44,261 nt of DNA from Perkinsus olseni (GCA_013115125.1 JABANN010000275.1:1-44261); one strand, 5' to 3'; counted from the stretch's first letter, positions 22,296 to 34,800 are shown. Made by a program: numbers and translations. Notes: a model not told the origin generated them from the sequence alone.

Positions 22296-23572
22296 ATGGG
22301 TTGCGCTTCGTCTACTGTCGAGGTGGCAGAAGGTGAGGTTTACGCGATAAAAATGAGCGGAGCGAAGCAGGCGGAGCGTAGCGAGTATGAAGTTAGTAAA
22401 TATGAAGAGCCGAATATTGAGGACACAGAAAAGGAAGAGGGGACAATCGATGAGGGAGGAGAAAAACCGGTTATCAAGGGAAGATCAGGTGATAAGGGGA
22501 TAGGTCCCGGGTTCGGTCCCGTCGTGTGGCATTTTTGGTATTCGTGGTGTTGTCGATTTTGTTCCGCATGGAGATCATGTGATGGGGAATTTCTTGTAGG
22601 ATGAATTTTGGCGGGGAAGTGTCGTATTCAGCGTGGTGCGTATTATGCCATTTCAGAAGCCGCGGCCATGAATCCGGCAGAGGTTCCAATCCTGGTGGGA
22701 GCATCTCCTGACTCGGACGAGGAGTGGCATCGAAAAAGGAGGCGTAGTAGTAATGATTTCGAGGAGCAGATGTGGAAGAGATGCGATTTTGGCAATGGTA
22801 ATGGGTGGGTAAAAGTACTGGAAATTCAATACCGTAAATCGCACTGAACGTATAATTGATCAAGCTGTATGAAGTAAATCGGGGCGATCTTCTTCTCACT
22901 TTACCTTGCGGAAAGTGAGCTGCGTTTGACTCGCGAGCGCAGAGCTCGTCGAAGCCGTTGAGCAGCTCCGACCAGCTTAGCGATTATTTGCTCGTGGCTT
23001 CGTTGTATGATTAAGCGCATATTTTCCAGCCGCTGGTGATGGCCGGTGGTTTGATCATTTTTCTTGCGTGTTGGTGCCGCTCGATGAAGGGATTGCAGAA
23101 TTTAACTTGTGGCCGTAGAAAAAATCTGAGAGCCGTTTTCCTCGATGAGAAGTGAGCATACCATTCGGAAGCTCTAGAATTTAATCCGATCTAATGAGTC
23201 CGAGCTCGGTCTAATAATAGAATTTAACAGAATTTGACAATTGTTTTTGACTGGATTGTGTCTTTAGGTAGCATTCAACACGCTCCTCTGCTCCCTTCGT
23301 CTATGAGGCGGTCGCCATCCTCTACCTCTCCCCTCTGTACCATATTGGAGGATTCGCCCCTTTCAAGTCGCCAGTTGCACTACTACACTCAGAGAAGCTC
23401 GGTTGAATTAACGGGCGCGCGGTCATCGTCGACGATCAATGAGAATTGGAGAAGGTCGTGTAACAGAGGGATGCCTCATCATCATGAAAGGCGTCGTCGG
23501 GAGCACTTCCGAGCGCCTCCGCGGTATCGTTATCGTGGAGAGAGGGGGAAGCTGGCGGTTAAAGTTGCGTAA
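22296..23572 (+). CDS. Spliced hypothetical protein with N-myristoylation/palmitoylation motif
   Basis: Starts MGCASS. Coding-like segments at ~22296-22488, ~22600-22797 and ~23268-23572; junctions uncertain. Confidence 0.55.
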
Positions 23573-24325
23573 AAAATTCACGAATGCGGAATATTTTACG
23601 CGGTTGTTCATACTTGGATTGCTGTTGCTTGTTTTCCACAATTTCTATCAGAAACTAGATTCGAGGTTGGTTGAAGGCCGGCCGATTGTTGTACTAGTGA
23701 AAGATGCTATATTATGTGCACGCGTGCAATTTTTTGTGTGCAGGGACAGTCGGCATTTGCTTGTGTATTGCGGGGAAGGAACTCTGTAGTAAACTGTTCG
23801 CATTCATCTATTTAGAGCTGGCTGTATGTTGATAGTAATCTTGAAATCTTGAGGTATCTTGCATTTCCTCAACGCCATCCATTGGAGGCGTCATCATTTT
23901 AGTTGTTAGTTGCTGTTGTTGCCACTGATATCATCATTTTGTTGTTCAAATCGCTTCTAGAGGACTTCCCATATTCTCGAGTTCTCGATAGGTTCAAGTC
24001 TGTGCCGCTTCGGCGGACTTAATATTTCCACAGATCTGGGAGGGGAGGGTCGAGGGAGATGGTCGATACTCGCTATACTAGCTATTCAGGCATACTTGTG
24101 AATGTTCTACTGTGAGTACAGGGAGTCTCGATATGAAGGGCGAAATTTTCGTGCCTTCCGACCTGGGTTTTAAGGCAGCTTGTGTGGGGGTTATCGTCTA
24201 AGCTGGTCAGTTTGGCGAAATTTGCGAAATTTTTTCGTTAGCTGTAAAATTTCAGAATTTTCAAGATGCTTGCGAATTTCACTATGGACCTACCTGTAGT
24301 TTTATCAGTTTTATTATCAGTAGTG

Positions 24326-26289
24326 ATGTCTAGTTCATCAACCACAGAAGCCTCAGCGGCGATGAAGGACTATAATGATAGATCCGCCCAAGGAACGCAG
24401 TTTGTGATGGAAGCAGCATCGGCAGAGCAGAAAGCTATGATAAGGGATAGGGCTAACCAGTTGCAAAGGGCAATATCATGTAATAGAACGTTTTTACACG
24501 GGTAAAAACGCTCAGTGGGTTTTCAGATTATGTGCAAGCCAGTAATAGGCTTTCGGAGGCCTTGGCTGTGTTGCCCCTCCATCATCCAGACTCGGAGGCT
24601 ATCAGACAGCATAAGGTGATGGTGGAAGCGATCGGATTTTTGTCGCGCGCCACGAAATTATTGCACATCTAATTGCTTTTAGTCGGAGATCGATGCCCGA
24701 GCGAACTACCTCCGAGACACTTTGGACTCGGGAGTGGATACAGCCGGTGTTCCACTGGAACAGCAGATTCATCCGGTAGTAGGGGGATGACAATTTCGCG
24801 GCGCGTGACAGTTCTTGCTTGAGGACATGCAGAAGCCTTAATAGAGGGTACTCGTAGTAATGTATTTTTAGTTGGGAATTTTCGCCTGAATTTTTCGCTC
24901 TTTCTGCAGTGGATATGTTGTTCGGTCAGGTTTCCTTGACTATGACCAGCACGGAGCCTGTAGAGACTGGGGTGCACCGGGGGGCCACCAAAGGAGCAGC
25001 GATGGGTGGAGCGGCTGCCATAGGGGGACTGGGCGGACTTCTCTTGCTCGGTAGCGAGAGGGCGTGGGTTCAATCCCGGGGGAGGGTACTTTGCTCACTG
25101 TACGGGAATCTTTCATCGTTATTGGTTGTATCTCCGATACATGTATCCAAGAATTCACCCTATCGTAGTCTTTTCCAATCACTATTATGATGTGAACACT
25201 CGGGGTCAGGCCTATTACATTTTGTATACAAAATTTTTCGAAAAGTTTGCATTTACGAAAATTTCTGCTATTTTGTATACTAATGACCCTCGGAAAAAAT
25301 AGAAAAAATAATAATGACCCCGGGCGAAAGGCAATTACCCGTGCTCTCACAGATAATGATTATGATTACCTGTTGTCAATTCCTCCGACCCTGGATGATG
25401 TTCAGGTCCTATTGGTTTGGTGGCCGGCGCTGCGGGAGCAGCCTATGTTACTACTCGAAGCGACAAGATAGGGTCGGCGGCTAGGACGGTTGGTAGTGCC
25501 ACGACCAACGTTACTAGCGATGCCGTGGAGAAGGTAGGGGGGAGCAAGCTTCGATGATGGGGACTGGGAGAAGGATTGCTGTCGTCGTTTTTAGGGAGCG
25601 GAAATCGGCGAGGAGTATGGTGTAACGCAGAAGGTTAGGGGAGCAGCTGATGCTGTGAGTTCGGTAAGTTGTGGTATCAACTACTGGGATGAACTTACTA
25701 TATGAAGAATAGATGTCGCTTCTCATACTGGGCGGACAAGCGAGAAATTGCGGGGAAAAGTGATCAGCGATTGATATCTTGCGAGGAAAAATTACCATTC
25801 TTTTGTGGGAAATTGGTGTCATTATCGTCTGTATCTTTTCGTTGGTCGATTCTTGCCTCCTTCAAAACCGCAGTGGTCAGGGTTATACGATCGGTGTTTG
25901 TTTGCGCGTCATCGGGGTAGTTGTACCAATTTGGTACTACCAAAGTCCCAGTCCGGCATTGCTCATACTTTTTACTTGTTATTCTTTCTCAGAAAGCCCG
26001 TGAGTTTGACCAGACTTACGACGTCTCTGGTAAAGTAAATTCGGGCGTTCAAGCCGTTGGCAGTAAGATGTCTGAGATAAATCAGCAGTACCAGATTAGT
26101 GAGAAGGTAGGTCGCGGCTTTGTTATCCGGGAGGTCTCTGGTTCAATTCCTTGCCGAGACATTATTGTTGTTCAGGTTGGCTCCTCGCTATCGAGAGGCA
26201 TGAGCGCCATGAACAATTGGATATCTGGCAATCATCAAGATACTAATAATAGACCGGTAGCAGCTCGGGAAAATCTTCGCTGTGCGTGA
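24326..26289 (+). CDS. Spliced protein with MIT-like helical N-terminus and glycine-zipper hydrophobic hairpin
   Basis: In-frame exons: ..QLQRAIS | YYVQASNRLSEAL..RQHK | SEIDARANYLR..IHP | ..GGAAAIGGLGGLLLL | GPIGLVAGAAGAAYVTTRSDKIG.. | GAEIGEEYG.. | KAREFDQTY.. | VGSSL..LRCA*. Confidence 0.75.
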
Positions 26290-26582
26290 AGATACGCCGA
26301 GGACTGCATCCGATCGTAGGCTTTGTGGTCGCTCCCTTCAACGGCTTTTTCTCAGTTGAATCACTAATGATTGAGCGTTGAGGGAATGCAAGATGAGCAA
26401 GATATTTGGCAGTTTGTACATTGCCATTCATTTCTATACCGTTGATTGGAGTAAACACCGGTATTTCTACTGATTCTTGTTGCGTTGTAGTTTTTCCACC
26501 GGAAAAGGTTGCCCGAAGTTGCTCGTCTCTTAAGGCTGCGTTTTTATTTCTTTTTGTATCCATCCGAGAAGCAGCAGCAGAG

Positions 26583-29328
26583 ATGTCGTCCCGGATGTCG
26601 ACGTTAGTGTACTACTATATACCGTCTGATAAAGGTGATAGCGGGAGGGGGGGGGCGGTTGCTCTGCGTAGGAAAATTTTTATGGGGTCTTTTGTACAAC
26701 TAGCGGACTACGACCCGGTCTGCTCAGTCGAATTTACGGGAGCTCGAATTTCACTCGTAACTCGTCTGCATGAAGTTGCTCTACATTCTTTACGGTTGCT
26801 GAAAACCACCTCATATTTCTTTACGCACTTTTCACCTGCTGAATGTGATTTCCGCGATGTGGTGAGCTAAAAGTTTTTTTACCAGCGTTTTCTGTATCGT
26901 GGGTGGAACTCCATTGAACCGGTTCATGTAGCGTGACAATGTAACGAGGAGGTAGTGCCAGGCAAACCATTTCTGTATATTTTTCGAAAAGTATGATAGA
27001 GTAATTTCAAGGAGCTTTTCCGATTTCCATGGATTGGGGCATGCGCATCGGTCAAGTTTTGCGTCGGTGTTGTGATCCCGGTGAAATTCTTCGGTCGGGT
27101 CCCCAGAATTCGTCTTTACGAAGGATCATCTAAACACCGCCGTATAATGTAGATTTTCGAGGATTTTTGTGGAATGGCTTCAATTCGTATCACTTTGTTC
27201 TCGTGATGACTTCAAGCCGCGTAGGACCAACGGACGATAGGAAGTCGGCATTGGGATATGATCGGGCTTTGCAGTGTTCTCCGTTCTATCGATAAAATAT
27301 CTCAGCGTAAGCATATGGAATCGAGCATATCTTTTCCGAGTCTGTCGACCATAAGATTTCATTTTCTTCTAGCTGGGTCCCTGTGACCAGCTGTAATCGC
27401 GTTCTTTCGATTCAGACGAGGTGGGCCATCCGAATGCGTTTCCGATTCCGAAGCCACCGGAGGCGATCAGGTGAGCGAGAGTGGAGGTCGATTCATCTCG
27501 CAAACGTTAGCACGCAGAGTTCCTCAGCACCACGGTTGAACTAGGTTCGATGCAATCGGCGTAACGCCAACGCCGCGGCGAGAATGTCGCGCGCCGCGAA
27601 ATTATCTCTGCACTTCAGGTTGCGAGATATTCGGGAGAAGTTTCCATTGCCGGGTACTTACCATTTTCGGTTTAAGCTGAAGTAGTAGTGCGGGAAAGAT
27701 CCTTTGGCTTGCCTTCCTGATTCCATACCACTCGGTCGCCAAATCATATCTGAGAGATGCGAAGATGATCAGTCGTGATGCATCAGGTACGATACAGGAA
27801 GCGTTTGGATTGACGTGACCAATGATGATGTTCCGGTCCCAATTTACAATAATAAAATCGTTGCTAAAGTAGTGGACAGATTTTTATCGGGTGTAACGGA
27901 GAGTTCGGGTACAGGTTCTCCGCATATCGTGGAAGGAAGGGGCCGGAAATTCGTCGACCGCCGAAGCGCCACAGAAAGCCGTGGAATCGATGGTAGTTGA
28001 CGGTGTGGGCTACGTCCAATGAAGCGTTGTGATGTCAGGCTTCTAGCGTCCCGACAGCGGCATCTGCGCCAGAAGTTCGATCGGAGTTTCAATCGGCAGC
28101 ACCGTCGCCTCCACCACCACCACCACGGAGGCAGTCAGGCGCGCAGAGTCAACAGACTGAGGCAAACTTACTGAGTAGGGGGTTTTGCACTCTGTGTGGA
28201 GCACACTGATCGCGGCTTTTGGGATTATCGTTTCGTGGGGTTCCGTCTGTTCGCGCGGCTTTGAACAGTTTTCCGGAGAGTGTTTTTCATATCGTGGGTG
28301 AACCTCTAGTGAAGTTACACAGTTTGCGCTCTCGGTTGAGTCCTCTTTCTATGTGTCTGGGGCTCTCTCCGCCTTTTCTTGCTAGCGCAATGCAATAGAC
28401 GAGAGGCGATAAGAGCGAGTTCAGTCTTTTAGGTGGTAGCGAGTCGCTAAGGCATGCTTTCCGCGGGCACAGCAGTCCATCCTTGGGGCATCGGCAGCAA
28501 CAGCACGCTGATGGCGCTGTTGGGAATGTGGATTTTTTTGGCGTAAGACCTGCTCGGCTAGTCGGTGCTTGAAGTGGACGCAAATCTTCCGCGGACGCAC
28601 TTCATTGCGCAGCATAGTACTGGAGTGGAATTTATTCTCGAGATTGATCCCTACAACGTGCAGAGAACGAAGGAAATTCAATTTCAAGTTGAAATTTTCA
28701 ATGGTAGAACTTTGAATAGCGCCGCGCCGAATCGCGAAAGAGCTCCGTAACTCGATCATCTGGGTGGCTGACGGGGGTGAGATGGGGCGATCAGCTCGGT
28801 GATGTCGTTTTCGTCCTTTCAGAACGATCTTGGACCGTCTAGTCGCAAGAAGGTGAGTTGGGTGGATTTAGTTGGCATTGCCTTTCCAAGGGGAGAAAAG
28901 AATGCAGTGGTTCAGAATATCGGCTGTGTGGTCTAGTGGTATGATTCTCGCTTTGGGTGAGAGAGGTGTAAAAAAATTTGCTAGAACAAAGCAAGAACAA
29001 GGAAAAAAATTTCCTTCGAGCGTAGACCAGGTGGTCCAGCCCCCTGTCAGAACAGTTTTTTCGCGATAAGTCGGCGAATATTAAAGTTCAAAAGGAAATT
29101 TAAGAAGAAAGGAATAGAGCGCGAAGCGCTCTATTCCTTTCTTTTTTTATTATATTTCTTTTCGGCATTTTTCGGGTCTCGTGCGGAAAAGTGGTCTACC
29201 ACCTAGTACTGCGCTTGGGTGGCGAGAGGTCCCGAGTTCGATTTTCGGCCCAGCTCTGTGTTTTGAACAGTCATTTCCGGATTCTTCTTTCTCAGACCCA
29301 AGATGAGCTCGACGCCCTATTCAGCTGA
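26583..29328 (+). CDS. DIX-like (ubiquitin-fold) domain protein with proline-rich tail
   Basis: MSSRMSTLVYYYIPSDK | DEVGHPNAFPIPKPPEAIR | LRDIREKFPLPGTYHFRFKLK | YDTGSVWIDVTNDDVPVPIYNNKIVAK, a DIX consensus. Last exon TQDELDALFS*. Confidence 0.8.
28922..28967 (+). pseudogene. tRNA-Pro(TGG) 5' part (acceptor 5' strand, D-arm, anticodon arm)
   Basis: ggctgtgtggtctagtggtatgattctcgctttgggtgagagaggt matches eukaryotic tRNA-Pro and breaks off before the T-arm. Confidence 0.8.
29105..29143. repeat. Perfect 18-bp inverted repeat (hairpin)
   Basis: aagaaaggaatagagcgc-gaa-gcgctctattcctttctt. Confidence 0.9.
29211..29256 (+). pseudogene. tRNA-Pro 3' part (anticodon remnant, T-arm, acceptor 3' strand)
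   Basis: gcgcttgggtggcgagaggtcccgagttcgattttcggcccagctc. Confidence 0.75.
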
Positions 29329-29478
29329 GCCAGGCTCTATCGATCGGTACCAATCTCATAGCAAATGGCCTACAGTACAATCGCTGACTGAGTGTATCCT
29401 TCTGAGTCGTTTCAATGGGGTTGAGTTGGGAGTTGTTGATATGGGCACGTACAAAGCTACTTCCTTGATTCTCCTTCG

Positions 29479-30568
29479 ATGCCATTCGGAGGCAAGGGTA
29501 AAGGGAAGGGACGTGGAGGGGGACCGTAAGTCCAGGGATGAGACCGGAACAGTCAGGTTAGCCTAGCGCGTCACCGTGAATGCATCGAACTGTCTCTCGT
29601 TGTGCGCCGGAATGCGTAGTTGTGGGAAGTCATGAAATCAAGTAAAAGCAGTGGCTTCAATACTGACTGACCGTCTCAGGCGGTTCGGTGGTGAAAGACG
29701 AGGTCCTTTGGCGGCGCCTCCTCCACCTTACCCTTCTACGTATGAAGTGTCCGAGTTCCAGGGCTTGACGCAAGAAGACGAGATGCTCGTCAGTTACCAG
29801 AGAGACCTTGTCAACTACTGGATTCAGTGAGCAGCGCAGAGGATTCGTGCTTGACTCGGTGGGGTCCTCCGCCACTCGCTTCTTCTCAGAGTTTCGACGT
29901 CCGAGCGTTCAGTGAGCTTCACTTCGTCTGGGGCGGTGCAGGCGTCGAAGCGGCGGAAGCTGAGCCAACCTGGTTGGCGCGAAACGGAAAAAGAGTCGGG
30001 CGAAAGTCTCTGGAAACAGCTCGTCACGTGAGTCTGTTCGAGATCATCCTTTACGCCGCTCGGTGGTCCGCTAGTATTGAGAAATTGGCGAAGCCAATAT
30101 TACTCCCTGTGTATTCATCGTAGTGAGATCTCACTGTTTTATTGCCTTAGGGAAGTTGGCTCTCCCGACTACTTCCCACTGGAGCTGCAGACCGACACGC
30201 TGGCGACCTTCCGTTCCAAGGAAGCAAACGAGCGACGGAAAAATCGGAAAAGCTTGCTCAAGAGGCTTGAACAGGCAAGTATCCGAGGTTGAACCAGAAG
30301 TTGGACGCTGCTCTTTCTAGGCCGGAGGCGAGGCGGACGATGATGGTGGAGAGTCTGATGATGATGGTAACGAGGCCATGGAGGAGTATGTCGAAGTAAC
30401 GGATAACGAGAGCTTCGGAGGGGATGACTATGAGATAACTGGTGAGTTGACTGCCATCTTCCCTTTCCAGTTGGATAGCGTATTTCCTGTCCAGGTGAGT
30501 TCGAAGATGAAGGTGCTCGAGGAGGAGACGAAGATGATGATGAAGGAGGGCCGGCAGACTACTTTTAG
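29479..30568 (+). CDS. RPC31: RNA polymerase III subunit RPC7/C31 (Rpc31 family), spliced
   Basis: MPFGGKGKGKGRGGGP N-terminus, APPPPYP, PDYFPLEL, SLLKRLEQ, and a very acidic tail ending GPADYF*. Confidence 0.75.
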
Positions 30569-31354
30569 TTTCTTTACGTCAAGCTTTTGGTGTTTGGTTT
30601 CGCAGTTGTTATTCAAAAAAGTTGCACAACCTGAGAGCGAACCCCTACTCGAACACACAACCTCGAATTGACAGATCGACAAGACTAGGAATACTCGTGA
30701 AGTACTGGAGTAGCGAGAGAAAGTGTACAGTTCCCGGGCTCGCCCTGGCAGTAAGCCAATTGGCCGAGAATTACCGTATCGACACAATAACAAGAGCCAG
30801 CGGCGCCCGAAGTTCGGGTTTCTGAGCATACTGAGTTGCCATGCCTTTCCGCAAAACAAGATACAGGCGGTCTGTGTGGCCAGCCAGCGTACTGCTATGG
30901 CAAACTCCTGTGAAACGCTAACCTTTAAAAATACGACACGTGCGTAACACGAGGGGATGGCATTGGATTCACGTACATCTGCTGCCACTAAGAGTGTTAG
31001 CTTCCGGATTGGAGAGTAAGTCTCAGCTAGGGCATGGACTTGTGGAGGCTCGAAGGTGATTCTTGTGGTGGACAGTGTGACAGACACTGTGGACAGCGCC
31101 AGTGTTCCGTGGTCGTGCACAGCCCCCACACCTGGGAGCGGATTCTGCCGGGAGGAAAGGAAGTACCTTAGCTGACTAAGACCTCGCCCTGAGAGCAACA
31201 TTCTTGGTTTGATGCTTGCACCCCAGCAGAGGCTTCATGAGCAGGGCCTACTCAATAGGCTAAGCTGTTCCCCCATAGAGAGGCTCATCGGCATAAGTCT
31301 AACTAAGCCGTACTGTCGACGTGGACTTGGAAGTTTAAATTCACACACACGGAC

Positions 31355-31411
31355 GGTCCGTGTCACCTTCTGTGCGGGCCCGTGATTCACGCACAAAGGG
31401 TGACACGGACC
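31355..31411. repeat. ~22-bp inverted repeat
   Basis: ggtccgtgtcaccttctgtgcg ... cgcacaaagggtgacacggacc. Confidence 0.85.
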
Positions 31412-31762
31412 CTATGGGCAGAGTGGATGTAACCTCGAAGATCCGTACGCTGTGTCGTTTTCCCGTTTGTGCATTAATTGTGGGTGGTAAGGAAAGGAAC
31501 GTTTTTATTGGCGAACTTCCTACCTCGCCGTTCCATTAAAGCCTCGGCCATTGATCGGATCACCAGTGTTCGGGTTCGTGCTATCCCCTTCTCACACTCC
31601 CGTACCATGGGTTTTTACTTTGTCGGCTCCACTAGGGCGACTGGTGGACCTCTGACCGTCGCTATCCAGCAGCACGCTCTCCTCTCATGCCGCCTTGCAA
31701 TAGTATGGCGAGACACTGGTAATAGTAGCTCAGTTCCGTAAGGTGTTATACATTTACCGCTA

Positions 31763-32764
31763 ATGCTCCTTCACGTGATCGCCCCCATGTCCTTCATCGC
31801 TATTCTAGCCCATGGTGGTGGCAATAACCGCTGCGGCACCACAACCCGACCGATACCGACTCTAAGCCCTACTACCCCCTGCCCCACAGCGGTTGTGAGT
31901 ACCCCTCTCAAGCCCACTGGCGGCATTTTCGAGCGCCCTGGCCAATTTGTCTACCAGACTCACGGTCCAAGTCCCGTGAAGATGATCTACTTCTTTGCGG
32001 ACCCTGTCTTACCTTCCGGTCCCAGTATGTTCTCCATACAGTGTGGAACTGGAGCACCATATCAGACTAACTGGATTGACCCTATCCCTGGGCCAGACGA
32101 CCATGATCGTTTGATTGCTGGAGCAAAAGCTGCCTGTCCCCTAGCTGGCATCGGCCCCGGTGATTTTACCGTATTTAAACTCGATCAACGAGGTCGGGTG
32201 ATCACCAGCTTCGGAGGGAAGGATATTCTCCTCGAGCGCGTCTGGCACCCTTTCTACCCTGGGACGTATAACTCGGAGCCAGGTTCTCCATTAGAGATGC
32301 ATTACAACGTCAGCATGGACGGAACCGTTGCTGTGATTCTCAGCTGCGCTACCAGTGGCACCGGCTTTAAGAAGTTCAAACTCGAAGGTACGGGTATTGG
32401 CAACCCCTACAAGTTGGAGCCGATGGAGGGCGGAGAGACGTTGAAGGACCTAGTCGACACCCTTAAATGGGTATGCCCTGATTTACCGGAAGAGTACTTT
32501 CTCATAAACAACTATCAGACGGGGGATTCGCGAGCGAAGAAAAGATTTATGTTACTGGCGACTACTTCATTTCTAGTCTTCAAAGACTATCAAAATCATC
32601 ACAATTTTCCTAACTTCACCCTCCTGTTGTTGGCGACTTTTCCGATCCAGTTTTCCCTCCTCAGGAGACCAGGATCAGCTAGTGACGTTCGCGTCGGTTC
32701 CAGAATTCTCTTACGCGTTAACCTCAACTGGAAATCAACACTCCAGATAACCTACCCTGGTTAA
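31763..32764 (+). CDS. Intronless secreted hypothetical protein (signal, Thr/Pro-rich linker, two ~110-aa Cys-paired modules); C-terminus probably replaced by an insertion at ~32521
   Basis: Signal MLLHVIAPMSFIAILAHG; repeated architecture G.F/Y...P..M.Y......C......CP. Composition changes abruptly after NNYQT. Confidence 0.7.
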   Translation: MLLHVIAPMSFIAILAHGGGNNRCGTTTRPIPTLSPTTPCPTAVVSTPLKPTGGIFERPGQFVYQTHGPSPVKMIYFFADPVLPSGPSMFSIQCGTGAPYQTNWIDPIPGPDDHDRLIAGAKAACPLAGIGPGDFTVFKLDQRGRVITSFGGKDILLERVWHPFYPGTYNSEPGSPLEMHYNVSMDGTVAVILSCATSGTGFKKFKLEGTGIGNPYKLEPMEGGETLKDLVDTLKWVCPDLPEEYFLINNYQTGDSRAKKRFMLLATTSFLVFKDYQNHHNFPNFTLLLLATFPIQFSLLRRPGSASDVRVGSRILLRVNLNWKSTLQITYPG

Positions 32765-33912
32765 TTCGTCGACCAGTGTGGTAGTGAATCGGTGACGACT
32801 GTTGAGGAGTCAATCCCTAGGCTACGTCCCGCCACTCACTCACAATTAGCGATTTTGAGTTCAGTTCGTCGGACGGGGTGTCAATACTGTGTTCGAGGCA
32901 ATAGACTTTCAAACCAGATCTCGATTGGAGAAGGGTACGCAAGGAGCATAAGCCTAGATGAACCAGATGATGGTAGTTGTCGATAAACGACTCGCTTCAA
33001 GCGAGTCACACGAAGCGCCAATGCAAACCAGCAGGTTGTGCACCAACCTAGTCCCGAATCTGAGCTCGTGGACATGTGGGGCGTAAGTAAGCCCATATCC
33101 AAGGCCATCACAAACTCTCGAGTTAAGAGTCTTAACCAAAGTTTGGTAGTATCATCAATTCAATCACTCACTCGAATTTCGCTGCGAGCTCTTCACGACG
33201 GCTCGCGGCGCAAACGTTCTCTAGGGGGTAAAAACCTCAAGTTCCCGACGCAATTCTTTTCCACTTCAGAAGCATGTAAAAATTTCCGCTCCTGTTCGCC
33301 TGTGTCTCGCTCGCTCTAATGAATGACACCACCTGTGCTTGGACTCGAACCTTCGATTCAGGACCTACACTAAGCTCGATTAGTGACATTCGGATAGTCA
33401 CCTTCGAATGGAAGTGGATACTTGACGATGCGTCAATGATGAATGAGAATTGCACCCAGTCGTACTCAATCAATGAGTACTACTTTCGGGTCTCTTATTT
33501 CTCGGTACCCATTCAAGGTACTTTCCGCACGGATATTTTCCGTTCATCGGTTACCTGTGTGAGGTCACCTCACTGAGGTGAGTAGTATCCGCCCTGTATT
33601 CCGACTGTCTTCCGGTATTCTAACTTCTCCGCCGCCCGGTTCTCATTGTGGGCCACAATTTGTGGCACGCGCTACGATCATCTAAACCCTTCCACAAAAT
33701 TATATCCCATCGCCTTTTTTTTCTCATTTCTTGCCATTCATCGCGATTGAGTGTCTGAAACTTGAAACATACGGGGTAATCAAGCATGGAGAAAAACATG
33801 TATAAAATTCAAATCGGATATCGCTCGCCCTAGTAAAATATCCGAAACCGTCGATTTCAGCACGTCCACAAAGAATTTCTTTGTGATATTTCTTTGAAAG
33901 AAATATCACATA

Positions 33913-34800
33913 ATGCCCTATGAAGTTCATAGTATGAATAATTCATAGTATGAATTATTTCAACGCAATGACACCATCATTTGCTAATAGAAAATACATA
34001 GGAACTAACAGTATTTCGTGGAACCACCATGGCACTTGAAAGCTTCGACCAGGCGACTCCTAGTCGATTTTGTGAGAGCCTTGATGTCGTCTTGATGCCG
34101 GCCTCGGCCACCTCCGCAGACGAGCAGAACCAGCTTACCCCAGCGATATTCAATACAGTTGAGGTCTGGACTTTTCGCGGGCCATGCCGAGCACGCCACT
34201 CCATTGCGGACCGCAATTTGCGGTCGAGTCATGGCCTGATGGAGAGAGACACGTGCGGACGGGCACCTTGTTGGACGGTATACTGCACCCCATTCTCCCT
34301 TGCCTCTTCCGTTAAAGCCAGAAGATCGGCCTCGAGAAACGCCTGATATCCGTCACTGTTCAGGCTTCCCTGAATCTCGACAAGCGCGACCTCCTGATCT
34401 CTTGCTATGGCGACCAGATCATTATGGATCCTCATCCGAAAGAACGCTTCGATAGAGTGGGCTTCCGCTGCCCGGGGAATGCCCAACGGTAATAGATGCC
34501 GTCCGGGCCATCGAGATTGAAGCGTTTCTCGTCAGAGAAGATCCAGGTCTAGAAGTCGGTGCCGGCTGCCAGATGTCCAGAGGCGAATTCAACCCGTGCG
34601 GTATTCGTCTAGTATTTTTGCTCTCCTTTTCATTCGGCCGCCGGTAGCAGTGGCCCCGAGTTCATACGTGCGGGACTCTCGAAATGTGACGCGATCGATT
34701 CTCAGACGCCTCGCAAGATGCCAAGTCTTTACCCTTACCATCCCCAGGCTGTGTTTCTCACGGTGTGGTAGGCATGCTCAGTTAACGCAACGGTGGGATT
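33913..34800 (-). mobile_element. Degenerate Tc1/mariner (DD34E-type) transposon
   Basis: Frameshifted motifs WIFSDEKRFNLDGPDG, GSLNSDGYQAFL, VQQGARPH and WPAKSPDLNCIE..WG, with TIR-like sequence at ~33913-33960. Confidence 0.9.

Noticed and set aside
28922-30568. Functional link between the tRNA-Pro relic and the adjacent Pol III subunit gene
   Set aside because: tRNA pieces are scattered throughout the window, so adjacency is uninformative.
30428-31201. 257-aa minus-strand ORF
   Set aside because: It has a non-ATG start, overlaps the RPC7 last exons antisense and shows no recognisable motif. It may include retroelement debris, but this cannot be supported.
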